A DNA stretch of 64,000 nucleotides, from assembly GCA_964346295.1 (NCBI GenBank), contig CAYFUG010000002.1, positions 7,355-71,354 on the forward strand, read 5' to 3'. The translations under genes were made by a program, and so were the position numbers. The stretch comes from an uncultured Bdellovibrionales bacterium (GTDB lineage: Bacteria > Patescibacteriota > Minisyncoccia > Moranbacterales > DUUL01). Positions 9,399-18,624 of the stretch are shown here, piece after piece. Every line of letters begins with the position of its first letter. Positions within the stretch are counted from its first letter, which is position 1. The notes below the pieces were generated by a model, which searched no databases, was not told the origin of the DNA, and saw nothing but the letters and a program-made list of their open reading frames with translations.

Positions 9399-10160
9399 CT
9401 AAGCTTTCGCCTTAATCGCGGGAGCCTTCCGCTTAGTCTCTAAAATCTTTTTCAAAAATACTCCGCAAATATACCGCAAAGAAGACAAGGCGTCATCATT
9501 AGCTGGGATGGGAAACTCCACTAACTCTGGATTACTATTAGAGTCCACTAAGCCAATCACCGGAATTCCCATCTTCTGAGATTCTTTAACTGCCAGTTTA
9601 TCTTTATTGATGTCTAAAACAATTACCAATCCCGGGAGCTCCTTAAGATTAATCAGGCCGCCCATTTTTTCTTCGATTCGCTCCAACTCCTTGGATAACT
9701 TAGTTCGCTCTAGCTTAGTTAAACCAGAAAGACGCCCTTTTTTAAGGGTTTCTTGGCTATCCAAATAGTATTTAATCCTTTTCTTGATAACCGGAAAATT
9801 GGTTAAGGTTCCTCCTATCCAACGCTCATTGACATAAGTAATATCAGCTTTTTCCGCCACTGCTTGCACCAAATCCTTAGCTTGTCGCTTAGTTCCGACC
9901 AAAGTAATAGGCTGGCCTTTTTCTATTACTCTCGCTACTTCTCCTAAAGCCTTCTGAAAAAGCTTCAGGGATTTCTCTAGGTCAATGATATGCACACCAT
10001 TACGCATCCCAAAGATATAAGAATTCATCTTGGGATTCCAGCGAGATTTTTTATGGCCAAAATGCATTCCGGCTTTCAGCATCGCTTCTAGCGATAGATC
10101 GTACTTGTTTTCTTCAGCTTCTGCCGGAGAAGAAGCTGCAACTGCTTGTTTTTCAGTCAT
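9399..10160 (-). CDS. rpsB: 30S ribosomal protein S2
   Basis: MLKAGMHFGHKKSRWNPKM...RWIGGTLTNF...IPANDDA. Confidence 0.98.
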   Translation of the reverse strand: MTEKQAVAASSPAEAEENKYDLSLEAMLKAGMHFGHKKSRWNPKMNSYIFGMRNGVHIIDLEKSLKLFQKALGEVARVIEKGQPITLVGTKRQAKDLVQAVAEKADITYVNERWIGGTLTNFPVIKKRIKYYLDSQETLKKGRLSGLTKLERTKLSKELERIEEKMGGLINLKELPGLVIVLDINKDKLAVKESQKMGIPVIGLVDSNSNPELVEFPIPANDDALSSLRYICGVFLKKILETKRKAPAIKAKA

Positions 10161-10185
10161 AGTTTAGGTTTCCTTATAAATTATT

Positions 10186-10438
10186 AGGAAACTGCCTAAG
10201 GACTATTCTTCTTTGATGAAAGCTCTCTAATTTCGTGCCTCACTTTGGAAGGTAAGATCAGAAGGCAAGAAAGGACTTTTAGTTTAATCTACTGGTAGTA
10301 GTTAGTCTAAGTTACCGGCAAGAACTCTGAACGAGAAAACTCTGAAAAAGAATCCTTGAATTTTTCCTCTCCAGAGCGAAATGGGCACCCGAAATTTAAG
10401 GTTTTCAGGGGAAAATATAGCTTTTTAGACAGTTTCTC
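10186..10438. mobile_element. MITE copy 1 (~253 bp, terminal inverted repeats) in the rpsB 5' UTR
   Basis: Ends GAAACTGCCTAA...TTAGACAGTTTC; non-coding; 10188-10417 is repeated at 10686-10915. Confidence 0.8.
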
Positions 10439-10439
10439 A

Positions 10440-10520
10440 GCCTCTATTCGGCTTTTAATCCAGCTCTAAACCAAAACCCAACTTGGCCCTGGCAAGGAAA
10501 GCTAGCCACCGAATATGTGA
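10440..10520 (-). promoter_or_regulatory. rpsB (S2/t44-type) leader RNA
   Basis: CACA-TATTCGG...CCGAATA-GAGGC architecture typical of rpsB leaders, starting just after the promoter. Confidence 0.65.
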
Positions 10521-10529
10521 TATAGGAAA

Positions 10530-10557
10530 ATTCTAGCTAACTGATGGTTTTTGTCAA
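10530..10557 (-). promoter_or_regulatory. sigma70-type promoter of rpsB
   Basis: TTGACA-N16-TAGAAT on the minus strand. Confidence 0.7.
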
Positions 10558-10683
10558 TGCTAAAGTTCCATTCTTCGTCAACACCCTCTAAGTCTTCCAA
10601 CTACTCTTCTCGTGGATACTCAAAAAATCAGACTTATCAAGGATAATTCGTAAGGTCGACAGTGGGTCCCTAGCGATCCCCCC

Positions 10684-10915
10684 GAGAAACTGCCTAAGGA
10701 CTATTCTTCGTTGATGAAAGCTCTCTAATTTCGTGCCTCACTTTGGAAGGTAAGATCAGAAGGCAAGAAAGGACTTTTAGTTTAATCTACTGGTAGTAGT
10801 TAGTCTAAGTTACCGGCAAGAACTCTGAACGAGAAAACTCTGAAAAAGAATCCTTGAATTTTTCCTCTCCAGAGCGAAATGGGCAACCGAAATTTAAGGT
10901 TTTCAGCGGAAAATA
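10684..10915. mobile_element. MITE copy 2 (right end missing)
   Basis: Direct repeat of copy 1 at offset 498, with 3 substitutions seen over 230 bp. It starts GAGAAACTGCCTAA and lacks the right TIR. Confidence 0.8.
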
Positions 10916-10922
10916 CACTCGA

Positions 10923-12362
10923 CTAAGGACTAATTACTATGTCCCCCCTGGATTTAATCTGATAGGTTTTGCTCTCTCCCTTTTCGCCAATAATTTCCAC
11001 TTCTCCCTCTAGCTGATCAATTCCCGACTGTTTTTGAATCTGAAGGAGATAATCTTCAAAATTAACTTTCCAGGGCAATTGGTAGTCAAAACTAATTTTC
11101 TGAGACTTTCCTAGAGGAACTGCCAACCGAGTAGCAAAATACTTTCTTCCTAATTCTTCTCCTATTTCAACTTGCTCTGGAGCACTAGAATCCAACAACT
11201 GAGAGCCAGGAGGTAAATAAATTTTTAAGTAAGTATGGTAGTCAGAAGTAAATTCATCTCGTAAGCGCCCATGATGCCAATAAAAAACTGACAACTGAGT
11301 CTGGGCAGGTTCCTGAGATAAGTCTATCTGGTACTGAAAAGAAATTTCTACTAATCGGTCGTTGTCAAATGGGTCTAAGTTGGTATTAGTCACCAGTAGA
11401 TAATCCTCCCTCTCTTCTAGTTGACTCAAGGGCGCTGCCCATCCGACTGTCTTGATTCGAGCCTGGAGATTAGAATCCACAAAGTACACTCTTAGGTCCT
11501 TAGTTTTAATTTCCTGAGTTAATTGCTCCAAAACTTGGGATTTCTTTTCCCATCCAGCCTGAGAAAACTTTCCCCAAATAGCCCTCCAAATAGCCTCTTC
11601 TAAATTGAAGTATTCTTTTTCGGGAATTCTACTCTCCCCTGGCTGAAGAAGTTGATACTTCACTTGATTATTACTGCGAATGCTCTGAAGAACATTCTGA
11701 TGGCTTATCTCTCCTCTCCAGCCAACTACTTCTACTGATCCTAAAATCTTCAAAAGAGGCTTCAAGGATTGCCTAGAAATAGCCACCAATGCCTCCGGAA
11801 GAGCCTCCCTCTTTTTCCTTTCGTTAAAAGAAGAGTTAAAAACCTCTAATCCCAACTGGGCGCTTTGGGGGAAATCGGGCCACCAGTTGCTATTAGCCAC
11901 TTGCCAACTTTCCTGATTGCGAGGGGATATTTGACTTAAAATGTCCGGAAAGTTTTCTTTCTTATTGGAGTTTGCGCTTAGATCGAAAAAGTGGGCATCA
12001 AAAAATTCCACTTGAGAAACTTTTTCGCCCTGAAAACTTACTAGGGCAATAGTTTCAATCTGACCTCCTCCCGGTCTCAAACGATCAGTGTTTTGAAAAA
12101 CAATCAGCAGACTTTTCTCTTCTCCTTTTTTTAAAAAATCAGCAGCTACCCCTAGAAACACTTTTAATTGACCTTTAGTTTCCTCTTCCAGAGAAGACCA
12201 GTTTACCAAGGGATGAAGATACCTCAAGAAACTAGTTGCTCCTTGTCTTTGAAATTTCCAGTACCCCCCCCAGCTCAATAAAAAAACTCCGGCTACCGCC
12301 CAGAACAGCACCCAGAACTTCCAACTTTTATAACTTTTTTTAGGAGAGAAAGATAGTCGCAT
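10923..12362 (-). CDS. DUF4012-family membrane-anchored protein
   Basis: LLIVFQNTDRLRPGGG, ANSNWWPDFPQSA, YLLQIQKQSG. Confidence 0.8.
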   Translation of the reverse strand: MRLSFSPKKSYKSWKFWVLFWAVAGVFLLSWGGYWKFQRQGATSFLRYLHPLVNWSSLEEETKGQLKVFLGVAADFLKKGEEKSLLIVFQNTDRLRPGGGQIETIALVSFQGEKVSQVEFFDAHFFDLSANSNKKENFPDILSQISPRNQESWQVANSNWWPDFPQSAQLGLEVFNSSFNERKKREALPEALVAISRQSLKPLLKILGSVEVVGWRGEISHQNVLQSIRSNNQVKYQLLQPGESRIPEKEYFNLEEAIWRAIWGKFSQAGWEKKSQVLEQLTQEIKTKDLRVYFVDSNLQARIKTVGWAAPLSQLEEREDYLLVTNTNLDPFDNDRLVEISFQYQIDLSQEPAQTQLSVFYWHHGRLRDEFTSDYHTYLKIYLPPGSQLLDSSAPEQVEIGEELGRKYFATRLAVPLGKSQKISFDYQLPWKVNFEDYLLQIQKQSGIDQLEGEVEIIGEKGESKTYQIKSRGDIVISP

Positions 12363-12388
12363 TCAGCTTTGGTTTCTTTGGTTAGTAA

Positions 12389-12715
12389 TCAGGAAAAATC
12401 TGTATTTTTATTCTCATCCACCTGTTCCTGTTTTTTCCTAGAAAAATCTTTTTGACATTTAATAGCTAGCTTTATACATTCCTCGGGGTCATACCCCAAG
12501 TCATCACACCATCTGATTGTAGAAAAAATTATATTTCCCAATTCCTTCTTGAGCTCTTCTTCGGTCTCAGCAGCTTCGCCCTGCTCGGAATCTCTTGTCC
12601 CCTTACAAATATCTCCAAAAACTTTTCCCATGGCAGAAACTATCTGAGGAAGACTCATTTTAAAATCTTGGCCCCAAATTTCTCTAGCTTTTCTAAGTAA
12701 AAAATTAATCTCCAT
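12389..12715 (-). CDS. MazG-like NTP pyrophosphatase family protein
   Basis: MGKVFGDIC...EELKKELGNIIFSTIRWCDDLGYD. Confidence 0.65.
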   Translation of the reverse strand: MEINFLLRKAREIWGQDFKMSLPQIVSAMGKVFGDICKGTRDSEQGEAAETEEELKKELGNIIFSTIRWCDDLGYDPEECIKLAIKCQKDFSRKKQEQVDENKNTDFS

Positions 12716-12826
12716 TTTGAAATCTTTACTTCGTGATTAAAGCTTCTTAGAAAGCAAAACCCTGCCTTTTTAGCTTCTGTTAATTTAAATTGAAAATCCT
12801 TTCTAAATACAAAAATCTCCAAGCTG

Positions 12827-14641
12827 CTAATAATAAAGTTTGACCTGATCTCTTCCGGTCACCATCTGACCAGCCTTAAGGTTTAAAACTGCTCCATAAA
12901 ATAACCAAAAGGCTAAAGCAGCTGGTCCAAACAAGAGCGCATTACTAGACAGTCCCAAAAGAGTGAACTCTGCAAATATCGCCAGGGCCATTACCAACCA
13001 AATTCTCTTTATTCCGTCCGATTTCCTATAGAGATCATAAATATCTTTAAAGTAACGAAATAGCATCAAAATCAAAATCACTAATCCAGAAATTCCTAGG
13101 GTATTCCAGATATAAAAATAGGAATTATAAATTTCCCCCGTAGAACTCTGCCGCTTCTCTTTTTCAATTAACCACCCATTTCCTAAAATAGGATCGTTTT
13201 TAATTTCCTGGAAACCCGAAAGCCACTGCTGACCGCTATTCTCCCAGAGAAAAGAGGACTTTACCCCAGGAAAAACGACCGCTACCGCAATGATGGTAAC
13301 AGCTGTAAGCACCACAATAAAATTATTTCGCAATAAAATACCCACCATAAACATTCCCACTCCTAAAGTCACCAAGGCATAATAAGAAAAAGTGAGGGTA
13401 AGAGCTGTCATTTGCAAAACTAACAGCAAGAAAAATAGAAGTTTCAAGAAAAATTTTCTAAGTATTTCCTCTGAGGTGGGCGCCTCTTCTTCACCTAGTA
13501 ATTGTTCCAACTCCCTTTCTGTCTCACTAGTAGAAGGAATGGTTTTCTTTTTTAAGTCACCCTTAATCTTTACTAGAGACTTCTGAAGCTCTTTGAATTT
13601 ATTAGTCCAATAAAAGCGAGATGAGTATTTTTTTTTGTTCTGAGCAGAGTCTAGTAACTTAGATTTCAAATCAATCTTAATCTTGGGCTCTTCTTGCCCA
13701 AAATTAGCGGTAGCCTCCTTCTCTTCATGGTCAGGAAGAATTTTAGGATAAGTCTCCAAGGCAAAATTCTTTCCGTGCAATTCAGTTAGTTGCCCCGGGG
13801 TCTTTTCTAGCTCTCCCGGCGCCAAACCTAAAACTTCTGCAGAGGTAGCTGCCAGCTCCAAGGTAGTTTTACGCCTTCGATGTTTAACATTCAACAAAAA
13901 CCCTAGCGTGACCGGAATGCTGATCAAGAGAAAAGGCGCTAAGGCGCTTTCTCCAATTTTAAACAGAGCTCCATCTCCAAAAAAACCGCTTACCTTATAC
14001 TGAAAACTCCCAAAAATTAAGTGCTGAGCCTTCCCGCTAGTCACTCCGACTCCAGAAGAACTTTGCCAGCCCACCAAAAAGGCTCCTAGCCCTACCAAAG
14101 AATGGAGAACTCCCGCCACCAACAAAACTAGAAAGAAGCCTTCTAGGCGACGAAGAGTTTGAAAAAAGTATTGGAATACTACTAATAACATCCAAAACAT
14201 CGCCAAGTAAAAAGCCAGTTGCCAAACCTGGGGACTAACCTCTCTCCCAGAAAAAGTTCCTAATCCTAAAACTCCTCCCGCACAAACTAAAAACAAAAAA
14301 AAGTATTTGGATAGATAATTTTTAGAAAGCTTAACGCTTTCTACGCTAATATTTACTAATCCTACTAGGGCCGTCACTATGAGAATAATCTCGTACATTA
14401 CCAAGTCTCCTTCTAGGCCAATTCGAAGAGAAGAAAATAATAAAATAGCAAAAAACAAGAAAAGCCATCCCCGATAAAAACTATTCTGAAAAATTGCCAC
14501 CGCTACAAAGAGCATTAAAATTATTCCAGCCGCGGAAAGATCGAGAGTAATAACCAAAACTAAAACAAAGGCTGCCACTCCCATCACCAAAGATACATAA
14601 GAGTTGCGAAGGGTTTGCTTGATAAATTGAGTTAAATTCAT
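12827..14641 (-). CDS. O-antigen ligase / Wzy-like polytopic membrane protein
   Basis: About 12 TM helices, LTFSYYAL, PILGNG, YNSYFYIWNTLGISG; large charged internal loop. Confidence 0.7.
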   Translation of the reverse strand: MNLTQFIKQTLRNSYVSLVMGVAAFVLVLVITLDLSAAGIILMLFVAVAIFQNSFYRGWLFLFFAILLFSSLRIGLEGDLVMYEIILIVTALVGLVNISVESVKLSKNYLSKYFFLFLVCAGGVLGLGTFSGREVSPQVWQLAFYLAMFWMLLVVFQYFFQTLRRLEGFFLVLLVAGVLHSLVGLGAFLVGWQSSSGVGVTSGKAQHLIFGSFQYKVSGFFGDGALFKIGESALAPFLLISIPVTLGFLLNVKHRRRKTTLELAATSAEVLGLAPGELEKTPGQLTELHGKNFALETYPKILPDHEEKEATANFGQEEPKIKIDLKSKLLDSAQNKKKYSSRFYWTNKFKELQKSLVKIKGDLKKKTIPSTSETERELEQLLGEEEAPTSEEILRKFFLKLLFFLLLVLQMTALTLTFSYYALVTLGVGMFMVGILLRNNFIVVLTAVTIIAVAVVFPGVKSSFLWENSGQQWLSGFQEIKNDPILGNGWLIEKEKRQSSTGEIYNSYFYIWNTLGISGLVILILMLFRYFKDIYDLYRKSDGIKRIWLVMALAIFAEFTLLGLSSNALLFGPAALAFWLFYGAVLNLKAGQMVTGRDQVKLYY

Positions 14642-14806
14642 ATTTAAAAATAGGTATCACAAAAAGGTGCTTTTGAAAAGTCTTTTCAAGCCCCTTTAAG
14701 TATGCTTAGATAATACTAAATTAAAGCTGGATGCTTTTTGTATTTTATACTAATTCACAATAAAAGACAAAAATAGTTGGCTTTGCCCACAAAATAATCA
14801 CTGATT

Positions 14807-15220
14807 ATGAAAATTAGCAATGCTCTCCAGAAAGTTACTCTCTCTATCTTTCAATCTTTGCCTTTGATAGTAGGAATTTTAGCCTTAGTAAACTTGATCA
14901 GCCTGGCCTTAGAAGATATTTACCCCCGAATTTTCACTGGCAATTTTTTGCTGGATCCTCTAATTGGCGCCCTGGCCGGCAGCGTCTCTTTTGGCATTCC
15001 CATCACTAGTTACATTGTGGGAGGAGAATTGATTAGACAAGGAGTGAGCCTCCTGGCCGTCACCGCTTTCATCATGGCCTGGACGACAGTCGGGCTAGCC
15101 ATGTTACCCTTGGAAGCTACTTATTTGGGAAAAAAATTCGCCATCAAGAGAAACTTGCTCAATTTCGTCTTCTCCCTCTTAATAGCTATTTTGACTGTTT
15201 TGACCTTGCAGATATTCTAA
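14807..15220 (+). CDS. Permease (DUF318/ArsP-like half)
   Basis: IGALAGSVSFGIPITSY...VTAFIMAWTTVG...RNLLNF. Confidence 0.75.
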   Translation: MKISNALQKVTLSIFQSLPLIVGILALVNLISLALEDIYPRIFTGNFLLDPLIGALAGSVSFGIPITSYIVGGELIRQGVSLLAVTAFIMAWTTVGLAMLPLEATYLGKKFAIKRNLLNFVFSLLIAILTVLTLQIF

Positions 15221-15307
15221 TTTTCCCCGCAAAGCTACTAATGGCAAACTGTAAGGACAGAACATTCCCTCAAATTTTTTCTTTATAAAAAAGCTCGCTT
15301 CTGGTTT

Positions 15308-15340
15308 CCCTCTTTATGAAAGGGGGTCAGGGAGATTGAA
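15308..15340. repeat. Short palindrome family B (CCCCCTTT-N-AAAGGGGG-N-AGGGGGATT)
   Basis: CCCTCTTTATGAAAGGGGGTCAGGGAGATTG; homologous to 25627 and 37876. Confidence 0.7.
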
Positions 15341-15356
15341 AAATCATAACCACACC

Positions 15357-15890
15357 ATGAACAGCAAGACCAAAAAAGGGCCCTCGGAGAAAGGCCTCAA
15401 CCGCTATCATCTTTTAGCCGGAGTAGCTTTAATTTACGGCCTAGTGGCTCTGGCCAATCGAGAACTTGCTCAAGCTGCCATTGTTTCTACCGGCCAAATG
15501 CTAGTAAAAATCCTGCCAATTTTATTAGTGGTGATTGTTTTGATGACTGTTACTAATTGGATTTTCAGCTCAGACTTTGTCTCCCGGCATCTAGGACAAG
15601 AATCCGGCGCCAAAGGCTGGTTTTACGCTGCAATTGGAGGTATTATTGTGGCCGGGCCACCCTACATTCTCTACCCGCTCTTGGGAGATTTGAAGCAAAA
15701 AGGCATGAAGGATTCCCTTTTAGCAATTTTCCTGTATAATCGCAATGTTAAGATCCCCTTCTTCCCGGTTTTAGTTTACTATTTTGGCTGGCCCTTCGCC
15801 CTAGTGCTCTCAGCTTACATCATTCTCTTTTCCGTTTTGAGTGGATTTTTATTTGAAGAGAAATCTAATAAATTGATCAAAAAGCAATGA
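15357..15890 (+). CDS. Permease (DUF318/ArsP-like half)
   Basis: LGQESGAKGW...GPPYILYPLL...YNRNVKIP; start moved to ATG 15357. Confidence 0.75.
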   Translation: MNSKTKKGPSEKGLNRYHLLAGVALIYGLVALANRELAQAAIVSTGQMLVKILPILLVVIVLMTVTNWIFSSDFVSRHLGQESGAKGWFYAAIGGIIVAGPPYILYPLLGDLKQKGMKDSLLAIFLYNRNVKIPFFPVLVYYFGWPFALVLSAYIILFSVLSGFLFEEKSNKLIKKQ

Positions 15891-16282
15891 GAGAATACAT
15901 CCTCGAAAACAAATTGGGAACTCCCCAGTACTGGCCCTACATTCCAACTGCCACTCTAAAAGGCGTCGAAAATGAATCTGATTTTGGCCTTCAAGACAGC
16001 GAAGACAAAAGAGGTGAGGCCGTTCGATCCATGCACAATATAGCGGTACTGAGAGCTACCAGTAAGACTTCAGTTAAGTTTTATGTGGGATTTTTTAAAG
16101 AAGATTTTTCTCAATTCCTAAAACATGAGCTTACTACCGACCTAGACTTTGGAATGCGAGTTGGTTCCAAAAATGTCACTTTTTTCGTTTTACCTGTAGA
16201 CTGGGAAAGCGAAATCAAACTAGAACTGGTCGAAAAAACCACAGAAGATAGCCCGAAATATAAAGAATTAATTCTCTTGTAA
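15887..16282 (+). CDS. Hypothetical protein
   Basis: 131 aa; ATGA overlap with the upstream stop. Confidence 0.7.
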   Translation: MREYILENKLGTPQYWPYIPTATLKGVENESDFGLQDSEDKRGEAVRSMHNIAVLRATSKTSVKFYVGFFKEDFSQFLKHELTTDLDFGMRVGSKNVTFFVLPVDWESEIKLELVEKTTEDSPKYKELILL

Positions 16283-16310
16283 AAACACTCGACCAATTTC
16301 AGTCTCAGTC

Positions 16311-16464
16311 TAGGGCTTTCAAATTTGAGCAAAGCTCTAGGCGACGCCGAGACTTTGGCCGACCTGTCCCGTCTAGCTTTAGCGATGCGGGAGCCGTACT
16401 GATTGGTACGGTGAGGTCAAAACGCAGGCGGCAACAACGAGATTTGCCAAACTTGAAAATCCTA
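16311..16464 (+). repeat. RPE-like palindromic element family A, with nested insert
   Basis: TIR TAGGGCTTTCAAATTTG/CAAACTTGAAAATCCTA; central CCGTAC-N6-GTACGG; core AAAACGCAGGCGGCAACAACGAGATTT. Confidence 0.85.
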
Positions 16465-17519
16465 TGAAAACAACCTATTTTTCCACATTCATCTCCGGCG
16501 CCCAAGAAATAGTCCGACGCGCCCTTCAAAAAAGATCCCGGGTCAAAATCATTGACCTGCTGGACGGTTTAGTAGTGTACCAGACGGACTATAACGAGAA
16601 AGATTTGCGAGAAATTCGCTTTTTTAACAACACTTTTCGTCTCCTGGGCAGCTACCAAAATGTCCACGATTTTCTAGATCTAATCAAGGCCGTTACCAAG
16701 GACAAATCTCTCGGTGGAACTCTCAAAAATCTTTTTACAACCCCTACCACCTATCGGCTATTCACCTCAGAGGAAAACCGCTCTATTAATCCGGGCTTGC
16801 CGGCCTTAGAAACTCTAGAGCAAAAAATCTCTCAAAATCGCTACCTAAAAACCGATTTTAAAAAATACCAACAAGAATTTTGGCTCATTTGGCGAAGAGG
16901 AAACCAGGGCTTTCTAGGCGCTCGTATTACTGGTAAAAAGCCTCTCGCCAAGCACCTCAAAGCTGGACAACTCCGCCCAGAACTGGCTCACTTAATTTGC
17001 CTAGCTTCTCGCCCTGGCCCCCAGGAGGTAATTTTGGATCCCTTTGCCGGCCAAGGAGGATTGCTAACGGAGCGCTTACGAGCTTTTCCTTTTAAAAAAG
17101 CTCTCGCCTTAGAAGAAGACGAGAAACTAGCTAATGACCTCAAGGGTAAAATTTTCCGCGCCTATCCCAAAGAAAAAGTCCAAGTCCGCCGAGAGAGCGC
17201 CCTGGAAATGGGATTTTTAGAAAATAACTCCATTGATAAGATCATCACCGATCCGCCCTGGGGACATTTTAAAAAACTAGATCAACCAGAAGAATTTTAC
17301 ACCCAGATGCTCCAGGAATTTTACCGGGTGCTTAAGTCGAGAGGCCTGGCAGTAATTTTGATGGGCGAGAATTTTCAATTTGACCAGATACTCCAAAGCA
17401 TGACAACTAAAGACAAAAATAATCAGGCAGATCCACTTCCCTCACCTTGGAAGATATCAGCCCAACATCACCTGTTAGTTTCTGGCCGAAAAGCTAATTT
17501 GTGGATTTTAAAAAAATAA
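16464..17519 (+). CDS. SAM-dependent RNA methyltransferase (Trm11/UPF0020-like)
   Basis: LRPELAH...ILDPFAGQGG...IITDPPWG. Confidence 0.85.
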   Translation: MKTTYFSTFISGAQEIVRRALQKRSRVKIIDLLDGLVVYQTDYNEKDLREIRFFNNTFRLLGSYQNVHDFLDLIKAVTKDKSLGGTLKNLFTTPTTYRLFTSEENRSINPGLPALETLEQKISQNRYLKTDFKKYQQEFWLIWRRGNQGFLGARITGKKPLAKHLKAGQLRPELAHLICLASRPGPQEVILDPFAGQGGLLTERLRAFPFKKALALEEDEKLANDLKGKIFRAYPKEKVQVRRESALEMGFLENNSIDKIITDPPWGHFKKLDQPEEFYTQMLQEFYRVLKSRGLAVILMGENFQFDQILQSMTTKDKNNQADPLPSPWKISAQHHLLVSGRKANLWILKK

Positions 17520-17597
17520 ATTAACCCAAATAGAATCATAGCACTGCCACGAACCCGTTCTAGCAATCACAAAAAGTCCCCTTAAATTTGAATCACC

Positions 17598-17620
17598 AAA
17601 AAAACGCCTCTCGGCGTCTT
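17598..17620 (-). terminator. Intrinsic terminator downstream of the tRNA-like gene
   Basis: ACGCC-GAGA-GGCGT followed by a T run on the minus strand. Confidence 0.7.
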
Positions 17621-17650
17621 CTCTCAGAAAACTAGAAATGACTAACAGTC

Positions 17651-17776
17651 CAAGAACTTTCTCGTTTTAGGACATTTTTAGAGAAAAGTGAGGCTTTAGT
17701 TGAGAATTACTGAAGCGTACAGCGAGAGTAAAACGCAGCTTTTGACAACGAAATTTTCAAAGTGAGAAAGTCTTAG
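17651..17776 (+). repeat. Family A palindromic element (degenerate)
   Basis: AAGAACTTTCTC...TACTGAAGCGTAC...AAAACGCAGCTTTTGACAACGAAATTTTCAAAGTGAGAAAGTCTT. Confidence 0.75.
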
Positions 17777-17784
17777 CAATACAG

Positions 17785-17883
17785 TGCAGACGAGAGGATT
17801 CGAACCTCTAACCTCCTTACTTTCTCTCGTTGACACTGCAACGAGAGAAAGTAAAGCGCTCAGCCTTTTTGAGCTTCGTCTGC
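17785..17883 (-). tRNA. tRNA-like gene, 99 nt, anticodon undetermined (25-nt excess forming a long hairpin)
   Basis: Acceptor GCAGACG/CGTCTGC+A, D stem GCTC/GAGC, variable AGGTT, T arm AGAGG-TTCGAAT-CCTCT; anticodon stem CTTTA/TAAGG encloses 32 nt; no encoded CCA. Confidence 0.8.
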
Positions 17884-17910
17884 CGCAATTTGATAATTTG
17901 CTTGTCTCCA

Positions 17911-17938
17911 AGATTAGCAACTTTTCTGATTTTGTCAA
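17911..17938 (-). promoter_or_regulatory. Promoter of the tRNA-like gene
   Basis: TTGACA-N16-TAATCT with extended -10 TG. Confidence 0.65.
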
Positions 17939-18043
17939 TATTTTTTTAGACACTTTTTAAACAACCTCGGGATTCAAAAAAACCATGGAGGTAGACCAAA
18001 TCAAGCAAAGTTGCTATTCTAAGATTGAATTAACCGGGACAAC

Positions 18044-18589
18044 ATGACTTTTGCCGAAGAACTAAAAACTTTACTTCGAAATTACCCCGACCCGACGATC
18101 CGGATAACTTTTGGAGAGCGAATTGAGCAAGGCGCCTTAACTCAAGATGAAAACAAAGAATCTCATTTTTGTATTTATTTTGCTGCCTTTGATCCAGTTG
18201 CCCAAGAATTCTTTTTAGGCCACCATAAAAAAGCAGATAAGTGGCTTTTCAACGGCTGTCACATTAACCGGAACGAAACTATTGAGGAAGCTCTTGATCG
18301 AGAAATCGATGAGGAATGGGGACTCGACCGAAATAAACTGCAGATTATAAACCCTCCCCTTTTCACCACCAAAAAAATCGCTCCCAAGCCGCCTAAGTTT
18401 TTCTGCAAGTTCCACTATGACATCTGGTGTTTTGTGGAGGTCAATAAAAATTCCTTTGAGCCTAATCAGGAAAATTTGGCGACTGAATTTTACGAAACTG
18501 GATGGTTAAACTATTCCCAAGCACTAGAAAAAGTCACCGAACCGGATATCCTCCAGGGAATAGAATTTATCAAAGCAAGTTATTTTTAA
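18044..18589 (+). CDS. NUDIX hydrolase
   Basis: HHKKADKWLFNGCHINRNETIEEALDREIDEEWG (slightly degenerate Nudix box). Confidence 0.8.
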   Translation: MTFAEELKTLLRNYPDPTIRITFGERIEQGALTQDENKESHFCIYFAAFDPVAQEFFLGHHKKADKWLFNGCHINRNETIEEALDREIDEEWGLDRNKLQIINPPLFTTKKIAPKPPKFFCKFHYDIWCFVEVNKNSFEPNQENLATEFYETGWLNYSQALEKVTEPDILQGIEFIKASYF

Positions 18590-18624
18590 AATTTTAATTT
18601 AACCAACTTCAAAGCATTCAATAA

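Noticed and set aside
10188-10915. Repeat pair as CRISPR or phage att sites
   Set aside because: Only two 230-bp copies, no repeat-spacer periodicity, and no cas or integrase gene.
16305-16529. Short ORFs over repeats (also 17696..17953, 26037..26231, 34887..35105, 34986..35183)
   Set aside because: They coincide with family A elements or the tRNA-like gene and show no protein motif.
17817-17854. Group I/II or archaeal BHB intron in the tRNA-like gene
   Set aside because: 25 nt is too short for a ribozyme, and the stem is perfectly paired with no bulges.
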